Shown in pieces: positions 50,556 to 62,500 of a stretch of DNA of 64,000 bases. Source of the DNA: Armatimonadota bacterium (GTDB taxonomy: Bacteria > Armatimonadota > SYMT01); the NCBI GenBank assembly GCA_046292385.1, contig JBKBRF010000009.1, forward strand, positions 1 through 64,000, written 5' to 3'. How positions within the stretch are numbered: position 1 is the first letter of the stretch; the number at the start of each line of letters is the position of its first letter. Both the position numbers and the translations under genes were made by a program. The notes beneath the pieces are model-generated. The model was not told the origin of the DNA. It saw nothing but the letters and a program-made list of their open reading frames with translations, and did no database searches.

Positions 50556-51539
50556 TTAGAACTGGCGCAGCATGCGAAGGTCGTTCTCGAAGAGGAGCCG
50601 GATGTCGCCGATGTTGTAGCGGACCATCGGCATGCGGTCGAGCCCCAGGCCGAACGCCAGCCCGCTCCACTCCTCCGGATCGAGGCCGACGTGGCGCAGC
50701 ACGTTCGGATGGATCATGCCGGCCCCGCCCAGCTCCAGCCAGCGGTGCGGCAGCTTGACCGCGATCTCCACGCCCGGCTCCACGAACGGGAAGAAGTCCG
50801 GCCGGAACCGCACCGTCACGTCCGGGCCGAACAGCTCGCGGGCCATCGCGGCGAGCGTCCCTTTGAGGTCGGCCAGCGTTACCTTGCGGTCGACCATGAA
50901 CGCGTCCACCTGGTGGAACGTGTGGTAGTGCGTGGCGTCGACTGCCTCGTACCGGAAGCACCGGCCGAGCGTGAAGACCCGGAACGGCGGCTTCAGCGCC
51001 GGCATCACGCGCCCCTGCAGGGCGGTGGTCTGCGTGCGGAGCAGCAGGTCCTCCGCGACGTAGAACGAGGCCTGCTCGTCCAGCGCCGGGTGCTCTTCCT
51101 GGAAGTTGAGCGCCGCGAAGTTGTAGGCGTAGTCCTCCACTTCCGGACCGTCGACCTGCTGATAGCCGAGGCCGCGCATGATGTCCGCCACGTGCTCGAA
51201 CGTGAGGGTGAGCGGGTGACGCCGGCCGACCGACGGCGCGCGTCCGGGCCGGGTCACGTCGACCGCTTCGACGCGCAGCTTGCGCTCCACGTCCGCGCGC
51301 GCCAGCTCTTCCCGGCGGGCGCCGAGCAGCTCCGCCACGCGGTCTTTAGCGGCGTTTACGCGCTGGCCGAAAGTGGGACGCTCTTCCGCGGGAAGAGTGG
51401 GAATCAGCTTCATCAGCGCGCTGATCTTCCCGCCTTTCCGTCCGAGATACGCGGTATCGATAGCGTCCAGCTCTCCCAGCGTCTGCGCGCCGGCAACCTG
51501 TGCGACCGCTTCCTGCTGGAGCTCTTGGATCGGATCCAT
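50556..51539 (-). CDS. pheS: Phenylalanine--tRNA ligase alpha subunit
   Basis: GRRHPL, NFAALN, LLRTQT, DATHYHTFHQ, FFPFVEP and GLAFGLGLDR. Confidence 0.97.
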   Translation of the reverse strand: MDPIQELQQEAVAQVAGAQTLGELDAIDTAYLGRKGGKISALMKLIPTLPAEERPTFGQRVNAAKDRVAELLGARREELARADVERKLRVEAVDVTRPGRAPSVGRRHPLTLTFEHVADIMRGLGYQQVDGPEVEDYAYNFAALNFQEEHPALDEQASFYVAEDLLLRTQTTALQGRVMPALKPPFRVFTLGRCFRYEAVDATHYHTFHQVDAFMVDRKVTLADLKGTLAAMARELFGPDVTVRFRPDFFPFVEPGVEIAVKLPHRWLELGGAGMIHPNVLRHVGLDPEEWSGLAFGLGLDRMPMVRYNIGDIRLLFENDLRMLRQF

Positions 51540-51683
51540 TCGCCTTCTAACTCTCCCTTCGACCTTGCGCCCAATGCAACGCAGGATTACTGGTCGTCTC
51601 TATCGAAGCTCAATATTAACGCGGGGCGGCAGCGATCCGCACTCCGCGGCAATCCGGGAGATTGTATAACAACGAGGCTGCCC

Positions 51684-52328
51684 ATGGAGAACATCGAACG
51701 TAGTCGCGAGGTAGCAGGGCAGATTCTGACCGAGTGCCGCGGAGCTTTCGGTTCCGCTCCCAGGAAATTCGGGTTATTCGACCGCCTCGGTTACCTCAGC
51801 AGCAACCGGCCCGCCTGGTGCGGCCCGAGTGACTCGCTCTCGTCCTGCTTCGTCGGACGGGACGAGCTGCTTCGGGAAGGCACCGTGGTGTGGGGGCACA
51901 TCATCCAGGGTAACCCGCTGCTCTTCAAGCCGGGACCGCAGGATTGTGCCGGAGAGGTGCTCTACTGCCAGGACCCGGACGCGGAGGTGGCGCCGAGCGA
52001 GCTGGGCGAGCTGGCGCAGGTGCTCTTCCGGCTCAAGGGCCGGGAGCACCCGGACCCGGCACTCACCCACTTCTCCCGCCACCTGGAAGAGGAGCCCACC
52101 CGCGTGTTCGGGCTCGACGTGCCGCCGGTCCTGTGCGGAGAGCTGCGATACGCGGTCTCCACGGTCTTCTTCGACCGCAAGCACCTGCCGAACCGCATGC
52201 TGAGCGCGCCGTTCTTCCCACTCGTCGTGAGTCCGGGAAGCCTGCAGATCGCCGCGATTCTTCCCTCGCGGTTCTGGCCGCCGGTCTTTACCGATTACTG
52301 GCGCCGAGCGGCGCTGGTGACCACCTGA
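51684..52328 (+). CDS. Hypothetical protein on the opposite strand between rplT and pheS
   Basis: 214-aa ORF from ATG 51684 (VWGHIIQGNPLLFKPG...FDRKHLP) ending at a shared hairpin. Confidence 0.75.
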   Translation: MENIERSREVAGQILTECRGAFGSAPRKFGLFDRLGYLSSNRPAWCGPSDSLSSCFVGRDELLREGTVVWGHIIQGNPLLFKPGPQDCAGEVLYCQDPDAEVAPSELGELAQVLFRLKGREHPDPALTHFSRHLEEEPTRVFGLDVPPVLCGELRYAVSTVFFDRKHLPNRMLSAPFFPLVVSPGSLQIAAILPSRFWPPVFTDYWRRAALVTT

Positions 52329-52332
52329 GCTG

Positions 52333-52369
52333 AAAGCGCCTCTCTACCCGAAGGGCGGAGAGGCGCTTT
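52333..52369. terminator. Bidirectional terminator-like hairpin
   Basis: AAAGCGCCTCTC...GAGAGGCGCTTT between convergent stops. Confidence 0.7.
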
Positions 52370-52396
52370 ACGATTCTGGCGTTGCTGCCGGCCGGA

Positions 52397-52774
52397 TCAG
52401 GCTTCGGCCGGGGTGGCGGTGCCTGCCGCCTGCTTCGCCTGCTCCACGAGAGCGGCAAACGCCGCCGGCTCGTTGACCGCCAGGTCGGCCATCACCTTGC
52501 GGTCGACCGTTACACCGGCCGCCGTCAGGCCGTTGATGAAGCGGCTGTAGGTGATCCCCAGGTCCCGGCACGCGGCGTTGATCCGCGCGATCCAGAGGCG
52601 GCGGAACTCGCGCTTGCGGACGCGGCGGTCGCGGTAGGCGTACTGCCCCGCGTGCATCACCGCCTCGTGGGCGGTGCGGTAGACGCTGTGACGAGAGCCC
52701 CAGTAGCCCTTCGCCGCCTTCAGCACCTTGTTGTGACGCTTGCGGGTCATTACCCCGCGCTTTACACGTGGCAT
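52397..52774 (-). CDS. rplT: 50S ribosomal protein L20
   Basis: MPRVKRG, AKGYWG, AYRDRR and [12 protein letters not shown]; start re-called to ATG 52774. Confidence 0.98.
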   Translation of the reverse strand: MPRVKRGVMTRKRHNKVLKAAKGYWGSRHSVYRTAHEAVMHAGQYAYRDRRVRKREFRRLWIARINAACRDLGITYSRFINGLTAAGVTVDRKVMADLAVNEPAAFAALVEQAKQAAGTATPAEA

Positions 52775-52893
52775 TTCTTCTCCGTTGTCGGGCGGCAGAG
52801 CGCACGGCGCGCTCGCCGGAGGATTCACGGCCGGGAGGGAGCCACCCCCTCTGCGGCCGGGCGCTCCCGCTCGAGAGACTCGAGCGAGAGGAG

Positions 52894-53100
52894 TTAGAAG
52901 CTGTTCGGAAGGAGCCGCTTGACCCGCGCGATCTCGCCGGTGGTCTCGATCGACTTCTCAGCCTTCATGCGCCGCACGCGACCGCCATCCTTCTTGTTCA
53001 TCATCAGGTGGTTCAGGCGGTTGCTGTCGAACATGATCTTGCCGCTGCCGGTGATCTTGAACCGCTTGGCGGCCGTCTTATTCGTCTTTACCTTAGGCAT
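52894..53100 (-). CDS. rpmI: 50S ribosomal protein L35
   Basis: [21 protein letters not shown]...VKRLLP. Confidence 0.96.
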   Translation of the reverse strand: MPKVKTNKTAAKRFKITGSGKIMFDSNRLNHLMMNKKDGGRVRRMKAEKSIETTGEIARVKRLLPNSF

Positions 53101-53149
53101 TTGACGTATCCAGTCTAACCACGCGGCCGGAGTGGCCGCACAGCCTCGA

Positions 53150-53167
53150 ATTGTAGCAAGAGAGGGG

Positions 53168-53179
<12 letters not shown>
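53150..53179 (-). promoter_or_regulatory. Sigma70-type promoter of rpmI-rplT
   Basis: Minus strand TTGACT-N18-TACAAT with an extended-10 TG; the -35 lies inside the last codons of thrS. Confidence 0.7.
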
Positions 53180-54907
<1,728 letters not shown>

Positions 54908-55030
54908 ACCCTGTTCCTCCCGGCGGTCCTTACGAGGGACGAGCCCGTTCGAGACGTGCGGCCCCGGAGGGCCGAGAAAGCTCCGTTCACCCGCGTGACC
55001 AGCAACGGTCCTGGCTGCGGGAACCCGGGC

Positions 55031-55060
55031 ATTCTAGCAGAGGCCTCTCCGGCCTGTCGA
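55031..55060 (-). promoter_or_regulatory. Putative thrS promoter
   Basis: Minus strand TCGACA-N18-TAGAAT with an extended-10 TG. Confidence 0.55.
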
Positions 55061-55074
55061 GCGAGGGACAGGGG

Positions 55075-55273
55075 AGGGATGAGGGATGAGGGATGAAGGC
55101 GGAAGGATGAGGGATGAAACCGAACCACCGGCGCGGGAGAGCCCTTCGGTTGCCGGGAGTGCTGCCGGCAGCTCGGAGGGCCAGTGGAGAACGAGAACGA
55201 GAACGAGAAGGAGAAGGAGCGCCCGGACGCGGGAGGTTCGGCTTCATCCCTCAGCCTTCATCCCTCATCCTTC
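55075..55273. repeat. Fold-back GGATGA(G/A) heptamer element with a nested GAGAAC hexamer run
   Basis: Six A(G/A)GGATG-type units plus CCGAACC face GGTTCGG plus four C(T/C)TCATC-type units; (GAGAAC)3(GAGAAG)2 at 55187-55216. Confidence 0.85.
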
Positions 55274-55296
55274 GAGACATCCCCCATCCCCTTTGC

Positions 55297-55671
55297 TTAC
55301 ATGTCCCGCCCGCGAGAGCAGTACGCCGCGATGATCTCCAGCAGGAGACCGAGGTTCCCGTCTTTGCGGAAGTAGCTGGAGAAGCCGTCGTTGAGAAGCT
55401 GGGGCGTGGACGGGCCGCTGGTGAGCAGGATGACGGGGGTCTGGCGCGCGAGCGGGTCGCCGGCGGGGTCGAGTCTGCGCTCCCGCAGCAGGCGCTCTTC
55501 CAGCAGGATCACGGCGGGGCGCGAGCCGTCCCGCAGCAGCAGTCCCGCCTCCGCCGGAGACGGGGCCGCTACGGCGCGAAAACCACTCTCGCGCAGCCAG
55601 TGCGCCAGTACGTGGGCGGCTTGAGTGTCGTCATCTACCACGAGGACGACGCCGCTCTCTTTTCCATCCAT
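55297..55671 (-). CDS. Single-domain response regulator-like protein (atypical receiver)
   Basis: VLVVDDD, PVILLTS and YFRK; the phospho-acceptor position reads ILLEE. Confidence 0.7.
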   Translation of the reverse strand: MDGKESGVVLVVDDDTQAAHVLAHWLRESGFRAVAAPSPAEAGLLLRDGSRPAVILLEERLLRERRLDPAGDPLARQTPVILLTSGPSTPQLLNDGFSSYFRKDGNLGLLLEIIAAYCSRGRDM

Positions 55672-55860
55672 GGTTGGCTCATCGGGCCGCAGTGCCGTTG
55701 GCCCGTTTCCGGGCGGTTGCTCCGCCCTGTCTCCACAGGATGCCAGAGGACTCCTCGGGCTTCACTGTGCTATGGATACGTTTCCTGGACGGAGGCGCGC
55801 TTCCCTGACTCGCCGTAAGTCACCCCCGACGCATCTAGTGGTGCCGGTTACTTCTGATGT

Positions 55861-55943
55861 GTGGGAGTGGGAGCAAGGGAGAGTGGGAGATCCGCTCTCG
55901 TATGCAGCTTCTCAAGCTCGCCCTCTCCCCCACTCTCCCTTGC
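55861..55943. repeat. GGGAGT-rich imperfect fold-back element
   Basis: GCAAGGGAGAGTGGG faces CCCACTCTCCCTTGC; GTGGGAGTGGGAG (55861-55873) recurs as its reverse complement at 15898-15910. Confidence 0.55.
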
Positions 55944-56093
55944 CAGATCCACCTATCAATCCCGGTCTCACGGCGAGATAGCCCCGGGTGCGCTCCGACT
56001 TAAAGAAGCCTCGCGCCGGCTGGCCGGCCCCGCGCCCGACCCGGTGTCAGTCTGCCTCGCTCCGGGTAGAGCTTTGCCGGGAGGAGTGCAGAT

Positions 56094-56486
56094 ATGCAGG
56101 ATGACACTCGACGTCTCACCGTGGCCCGGGAACATCTCCAGCAGGCGTACGAAGAGGTAACGCTGGCGATCAGCAACACGGAGGAGTCGATCGCGCAGGC
56201 CGCCATGGGGCGGGCATTGAACCACCTCGACATGGTGTGGCGGCGGCTGGAGCACCAGCGGCAGCGGGTCAGTCGCGAGCCGCTGCTGAGTACCGTGGAG
56301 CGCGCCTTCGTCGCCTCGCGGGAGGCGTGGCAGGGCACGCACGACGCGCTGAATGACTGGGACACCGCGCGGCGCGGGAACCTGGACCGCGTGCGCAACG
56401 CGATCCTGCAGGCGACCTCCGCGGTCGACGACGCCTGCGCGGAGGACACCACGGAAGAGGCGCAGCGGGCCGGGGCGAGCGCCTGA
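56094..56486 (+). CDS. Hypothetical all-helical protein
   Basis: 130-aa ORF with GGAGGAG RBS and amphipathic helical pattern. Confidence 0.7.
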   Translation: MQDDTRRLTVAREHLQQAYEEVTLAISNTEESIAQAAMGRALNHLDMVWRRLEHQRQRVSREPLLSTVERAFVASREAWQGTHDALNDWDTARRGNLDRVRNAILQATSAVDDACAEDTTEEAQRAGASA

Positions 56487-56490
56487 CGCT

Positions 56491-56590
56491 GCTGCAGGTT
56501 AGTTAACAGGTTGCAGGTTAGCAGGTTGCAGGTTTCGGACCGAGGTTCACTCGGAGCGGCCTGCAACCTGCAACTTGCTACCCTGTTAAC
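56491..56590. repeat. GCAGGTT-unit fold-back element (copy D)
   Basis: GTTAACAGG TTGCAGG TTAGCAGG TTGCAGG faces CCTGCAA CCTGCAA CTTGCTA CCCTGTTAAC; contains the A2M stop codon. Confidence 0.8.
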
Positions 56591-59500
56591 GCGAAGCCCC
56601 GACGCGCTCGGCGATGGTGATGCGGCCCTCGTCCGAGATGCACCGCACCAGCGGCGCGTACATGGCGTAGCCGGAGAGCGGCAGCGCGTGGAAGCTGCCG
56701 GGCGCCTCCGCCCGCAGCCGGTAGGTCAGCATGCGCGTGCCCTGGGGCAGCTCGGTAATGAAGAACGCCACGCGGTCGTCCCGCAGCTCGACGTTGCTGC
56801 AGAGCCCTTCCCCGTAGCGGGCGCCGCTGCGGAGCTCCACCGGCTCGCAGCCGGCCGGCTTCATGTCCTCGAACACCAGGTGCGTGAAGCGGTTCTTGCT
56901 CTCCAGCACCAGCTCTACCTCAAGCAGGTCGCCGCTGTCGAGCGGCGCTCCCGGGGCGAGGAGCACGCGGTGGTAGCCGTCTGCCGTCTTCTCACCCTTC
57001 TCCACGCCGGAGGGGGTGCGGGTGAGCCGGAAGTAGCGGCGGCGGACGCTGATCTCATTGCCGGCGGGCTGGATGTCTTCCTCGAAGCTGAAGTACTGGA
57101 GCGCCGCCGTGTAGTAGAGCGTGCCGGCGCCCGTGCGGCTCACGGTGACCTCGCACGGCCCGCTCCCCAGCTCCGCCGCGGGGACCACCAGACGGTAGTC
57201 GCCGAGCAGCGCTTCTTCCGGCGTGAGGGTGAAGCGCTTCTCCGGCCCGCCGTTCACCCGGATGGCGGCGGTGAAGCTCGGCTTCAGCTCCCCGCGGATG
57301 CGGGCGAACTCGGAGAGAGCCTCGATCGCAAGGGCAGAGGCGCGGGTGGTGTCCCACGCGTTCCCCTGCCGGTTGACGATCAGCCAGCGCGCCGCCATCG
57401 CGGCGAGGCTGCTCTTCGGATCGACCCGCAGCAGCGCGCGCAGGCAGGTGGCGGTCGTCTCCACGTCGTGGTTCTGCCACTCCCACGCCTCGCCGACGGT
57501 CCGCGTCCAGGAGCAGGTGGAATTGGCGCGGTCGACCTTCGCCGTGTTGCTCAGCATGGCGGCGCAGACCTTCGCCTCCGCCGCCCGGCCGGTGCGCTGC
57601 AGCCCCATCGCGAGCAGCGCCAGCCCGTAGGCGTTCAGCGCCTCCCGCTTCGGGTAGACCCCCTCCGCCAGCCGCTTCCCGGCCGCGGCGGCCCGCTTGG
57701 GATCGAGCGTCAGCACGCAGCCGGCGTACGCCTGCTCGTGCAGGCTCTCGATCCCGCCCAGCGACTTCTCCAGGTAAGCAAAACCCCGCTCCAGCAGCCC
57801 CGGCGTCAGCTCCACGCCCGCCTGCTTCGCCATCGCCAGGCCTTCCAGCACGTAGGCGCTCATGTGCGGATCGCTGGGGTCGTGCTGCCACCAGCCCCAC
57901 CCGCCGTCCGCGTTCTGGAAGCGCTGCAAGCGGGAGAGCCCCTCCGCCGAGACGCTCTGCAGTCGCGACGGGTCGAACACCGGCTCCCGGCCGCGAAGCT
58001 GCTCCGGACGCGCGCGGCTCCGCAGCGCCGCCAGGTCGATCTTGAGCTCGGAGAGCGTCTTCGCGGCGACGACGCACGGCACGAACCGGCTCAGGGTCTG
58101 CTCCACGCAGCCGTACGGGTATTCGACTAGGTACGGGAGCGCCTCCAGTGCGGTCGACATCACCGAAGGGTTGAGCTGCACCACCAGCGAGCCGCCCTCC
58201 GGAGAGCGCTCCGCCGGCAGGGTGAACGGGAGGCGCACGGAGGCGTCCGGCTTCGTCTTGCTACCGCCGGAGAGCGCGCCGCTGCGGACCACGGTCTTCT
58301 CCACGCCGTGGACCTTCACCGGGAACCGCATCTCCATCGCGTCGCCCTGCTCGCCCGCTTCCGCACGGACCCGGACCTTCGCCTCGCCGGAGCGGTCGAC
58401 CCGCACCCGCCAGTCGACCCGCGCCTCGCCGCCCTGCGGCACCTCCACCCACTGCTCCAACACGCCGGCCGCGGCGGAAACCGGCGGGGGCGCGGCGGCG
58501 TCGCCCGGGACCAGGAGATCGGCGCGCGGGACGAAGACCGGCTGCGGCTGCGGCGGTCCCGGCGCGGCGGCCCCGGCGGGCGCCAGCGTGCCGCCTTCGA
58601 GCTGCAGCGAGACGCGCACCCGCCGCGTCTCCTCCGTGTAGTTGTGGACGTTGGCGGAGAGCGTCACCTCGTCGCGCTCCACGAAGAAGCGCGGGGACTG
58701 CAGGCGCACCAGGAAGTCTTTGTAGGTCTCCACGGAGGCGCTTCCCTCGCCGCCGCGCGCGTCCGGCGTCCAGCCCACCGCGGTCGCGCGCCAGCGAGTC
58801 AGGTTGTCCGGCCAGACCACCTCTACCGTCGCCTCGCCGTTCTCGTCGGTCACCACGGACGGCAGCCAGAGCGCGGTGTCCTGGAAGTCACTCCGCACGC
58901 GGAGCGAGTCCGCGAGAAGGCGCGGCTTGCGAGCGATGGTCGACTCGACTCGACCGCCCAGCTCCGGCTGCGCCGTGGCCGAAACTTCGGCGGCTACGGC
59001 GCCGATGTTAACCTCCCTAGCCAGCCTTCCCAACTCGGAGCGATGGCGTCGCGGCGTCCAGACGCCAAGCACATCTACCGCGTCCCCAGCGCCGAGCTTT
59101 CCGAGCCCGGCGGCGAGGGAGTCATCGTCCCTCTCGCTCTTGAGCGGGGGCTGTGAGTCCGCGTCCAGGCTCCCGAAGGTCTGCTCGGCGCTCGTCTCGG
59201 ATCGGACGTAGCTGCCGCTGTAGGCATCCTTCAGGAACGCTGCGAGGGTTCCAAGCTCCTCCGGCTGGATGTAGGTCAGCGATTCATCGATCACGCCGAC
59301 ACTCGCCTCCGCGCGGACGCCCCGCCCGCGAGCATCGAGGGTGCGGATCCGGAGCGTCGTCTTCTCCCCGGGCTGGACGCGGGCGGTGGCGGCCGTCACC
59401 TCCACCCGGAGATCGCGCGAGGAGCCGACCACCTGCAAATTCGCGAGGTCCTGCAGGAACACGCCGTCCCGTACCCCATAGAGGCCCAACGTTACGCCGG

Positions 59501-62500
59501 GCAGGTGGGCGCCCGTGACCGGCACTTCCAGCACCGAGAAGTTGCCACGGGTGGTGACGGAGCGGCGACTCAGAAGCCGGTGGTCCGCCTCTTCAGAGAG
59601 CATCAGGTGGAGGTCCGGCCGGCGGGAGACCACCAGCAGCCGCGCCGTGTCTCCGGGGCGATACGTCGCCTGCTCCGCCAGCACCACCAGCTCCTCGTCG
59701 ACCTTGAGCCCGTCGGCGGCGGCGTCTCCGGCAATCCACACGCGCTCCCGGGTGATCGACTTCCCTTCGCGCCCATCCAGCGCCTCGAAGACGATCTCGT
59801 ACAGGCCGCCGCGCCGCGGAGTCCAGTCGAGCCGGGCCGTGCCGCCGGCGTCGGTGCGGACCGACTGCCGATGCGACTCCGCCTCGCGATAGCCGCTCTC
59901 AGAGTCGGCATCGCCAGTGAGCCGCATGACGCGCAGCGTGCCCGAAGCGGCCACGGCATCCCCGCCCGGCACAGAAGTCCGCAGCTCAGCCGCGACGCGA
60001 TCGCCGGAGGAGAAGAAGCTGCGGGCGAGCCGGATCTCGCCCTGCACCAGCGAGGCCAGCGCGCGGACCTCTCCCTTCGCCTCGATGGTCCGGCGGCTGG
60101 CGTCGGTGACTTCCGCCACCACCTCGAAGCGGGCGTGCGCGTCCTTCTCCCCCGGATAGGGCAGAGCTACGAACTCGATCGACGCCTCGCCGCGAGCGTT
60201 CGTCGCGGCGGTCCCCTGCGCGATCTCCTCGCGAGCCCACTCTCTCACCGGGTACGTGAACCGCGTGGACGGCTGCCATTCGTGCCGGAAGACCCGGTAC
60301 TGCACCCGTCCGTTTGCCACCGGCTCGCCGAAGTAGTACCGGGCCGCGATGGTGGCGCTCACCCGCTCGCCGATCCGCACCGGCGCCGCCCCGACCTTCG
60401 GGGTGACCTGGACCTCGAACTCCGGCTTCTTGTACTCCTCCACCCGGAAGGTGCCGGCGATCCGCTCGCGGTCCTCACCCCGTCCCCAGGCGGCGAGGAC
60501 GGTGTACTCCCCGAGAAGCGCCCCCGGGCTCAGTTCGAAGGAGCCGTGCAGCGTTCCAAAGGCGCCGGTGGACAGGTCCTTCGTCGCCAGGTACGACTCA
60601 TCCGGTGCCTGGAGGCGGACCCGCACCTTCTGATCGGTCATCGACTTCCATGCCCGCTGCTCGTCGCGCGTGGCGAGCAGGGCGCGGTAGTGGACCGTCT
60701 GCCCGGGCCGGTAGACCGGACGCTCCGTGTAGAGATAGACCTGTCCGGAGTCGCCCGCGTCCGCCTGGCGAGAGGCCCAGTTGCTCCCCGTGACCGCGTA
60801 GCGGTCGCCTTTCCAGGCGAAAGTGACCACGCTGTCGCTGCTTACGCCCTCCGGAGAGAGCTGCTTATCGGCGAAGCCGTTCTCATCCGTGGCGATCGTG
60901 GCCGCAGAGATCTTGCTCTTGCCCGCTTTGTCGTCGTACAGCTCGCGGATGATCGCGGAGGCTTCCGCCACCGGGGCGCCGGTGACGGCGTTCACCACGC
61001 GGGCGTAGGCGCGTTGGCCGTCGACCACCTGCACCACGGCGAGGTCGGTGATCAGGAGCAGCACGGCGGAGTGGACCTTTCCCCCGTCGGCCTCGATCAC
61101 GTAGGCACCGTTCGACGTGAAGGGCGCCTCGATCTGCCGGGTCACGGCGGAATGGTCGTCCGAGTCGGTCAGCGGCGCCTCCCAGGTGACCGGCTCCCCC
61201 TGCGCGAACTTCCGGGCGCCCTTCTCGCGCCCGATCCGCTGGAGGAGGTCCTCCAGGCCGCTCTCCGTCTTCAGCAGCACGGCCGGCTGCTTCACCATCT
61301 CTTCCAGCTTCACGCGGTACCCGGTTAGCTGGACGCTCTTCAGGTTGCGCGCGCGGACCGTCATCTTCGGCTTCACGCCGGGGAGTTGGGGCGCGGGCGC
61401 CGCGATCTCGAGGTGGAGCCGCGTAATCGCGGCGATCGCCTGCTGCGCCGCAGGGGTCCAGGCACCCTGCGGATGCTCCTTCACCAGCGCCTCGTAGCTC
61501 GCCGCGGCTTCCGTGTACTTCCCGTCCGCAGCGAGCCAGTCGCCGAGAAGCAGCCGCGCCCGCTGCGGTTCCGGCTTCTCCGGGAAGTCCTTGACTACGC
61601 TCCGGAGCAGGTCGTCGGGGTTCCGGCTCTGATACGGGTACGGCGGGAGCTTGACCTCGGGGCGGTCGCCATAGCCGACCAACTCCCAGCGCATCAGCCT
61701 CTGCACCTTCTCGTGGTAGTCGCGCAGCCAGATCGCCTGGGCCAGCCGCGCGCGCGGCTTCTGCGTCTCGGTGCCGATCTTCTCCACCGCCAGGTAGAGC
61801 TGGAGCGCCTTCCGGGGTAGGCCCCAGTCGGCGCTGTACTTCGCGTCCGGATCGAGCTTCCAGCTCGCGTGGTCGGGCGCCGGCCACTTCCGCTCCCTCG
61901 CCCACGCGTCGAGCTGGGTGCCGGTGAGAACGCGCACCAGGTCGGCGGCGTGGTCCGCCTGCTCCGGCGCCGCTTCCGGAATCTGGGCGCGGAGGCGGTC
62001 GTACAGCAGGTAGGCTTCTTCGCCGAACTGGACCGCCTTCCGCTGGTCTTCCGCCGTCAGGTCGATCCGCTCCGGGCGCTCCGGGGAGTCGACCTGCGGC
62101 ACGTCCTCCCCGCGGAAGTAGCGGCCCCCCACCTTCCACCCGCCGTGCGGGACCATCAGGTAGAGCTGCATCAGCCAGGCGCGCGACCGCGCGTCCCAGA
62201 TCGTATTCTTGTAGCGCTCGGCGATGACGAGGGCGTGGTTGGTCGCGCGGTCCCACTGCTCGGTCAGGCCGACGCAGCGCGCCATGGTGTAGTCGACCTG
62301 CGCCACCCGCTCCGCCGGCACCTGCTTTTTGGCCTGCGCCGAGGAGTAGAGACGCAGCGCGTCCGCCCAGCGCTTCTCCGCGTAGGCGCGGTCCGCCTGC
62401 GCCAGCAGGCTCTCCTCCACGGGAGCCGCGGCGGGCTTCGACTTCTCCGCGCTCGCCGCCGGCTTTTCGGCCGGCTTCGCCGCCGTCGGCTTCGCGGCGG

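Noticed and set aside
54908..55030. T-box leader upstream of thrS (also checked before pheS)
   Set aside because: No GGTGGnACCGCG-type T-box sequence or terminator/antiterminator pair is visible.
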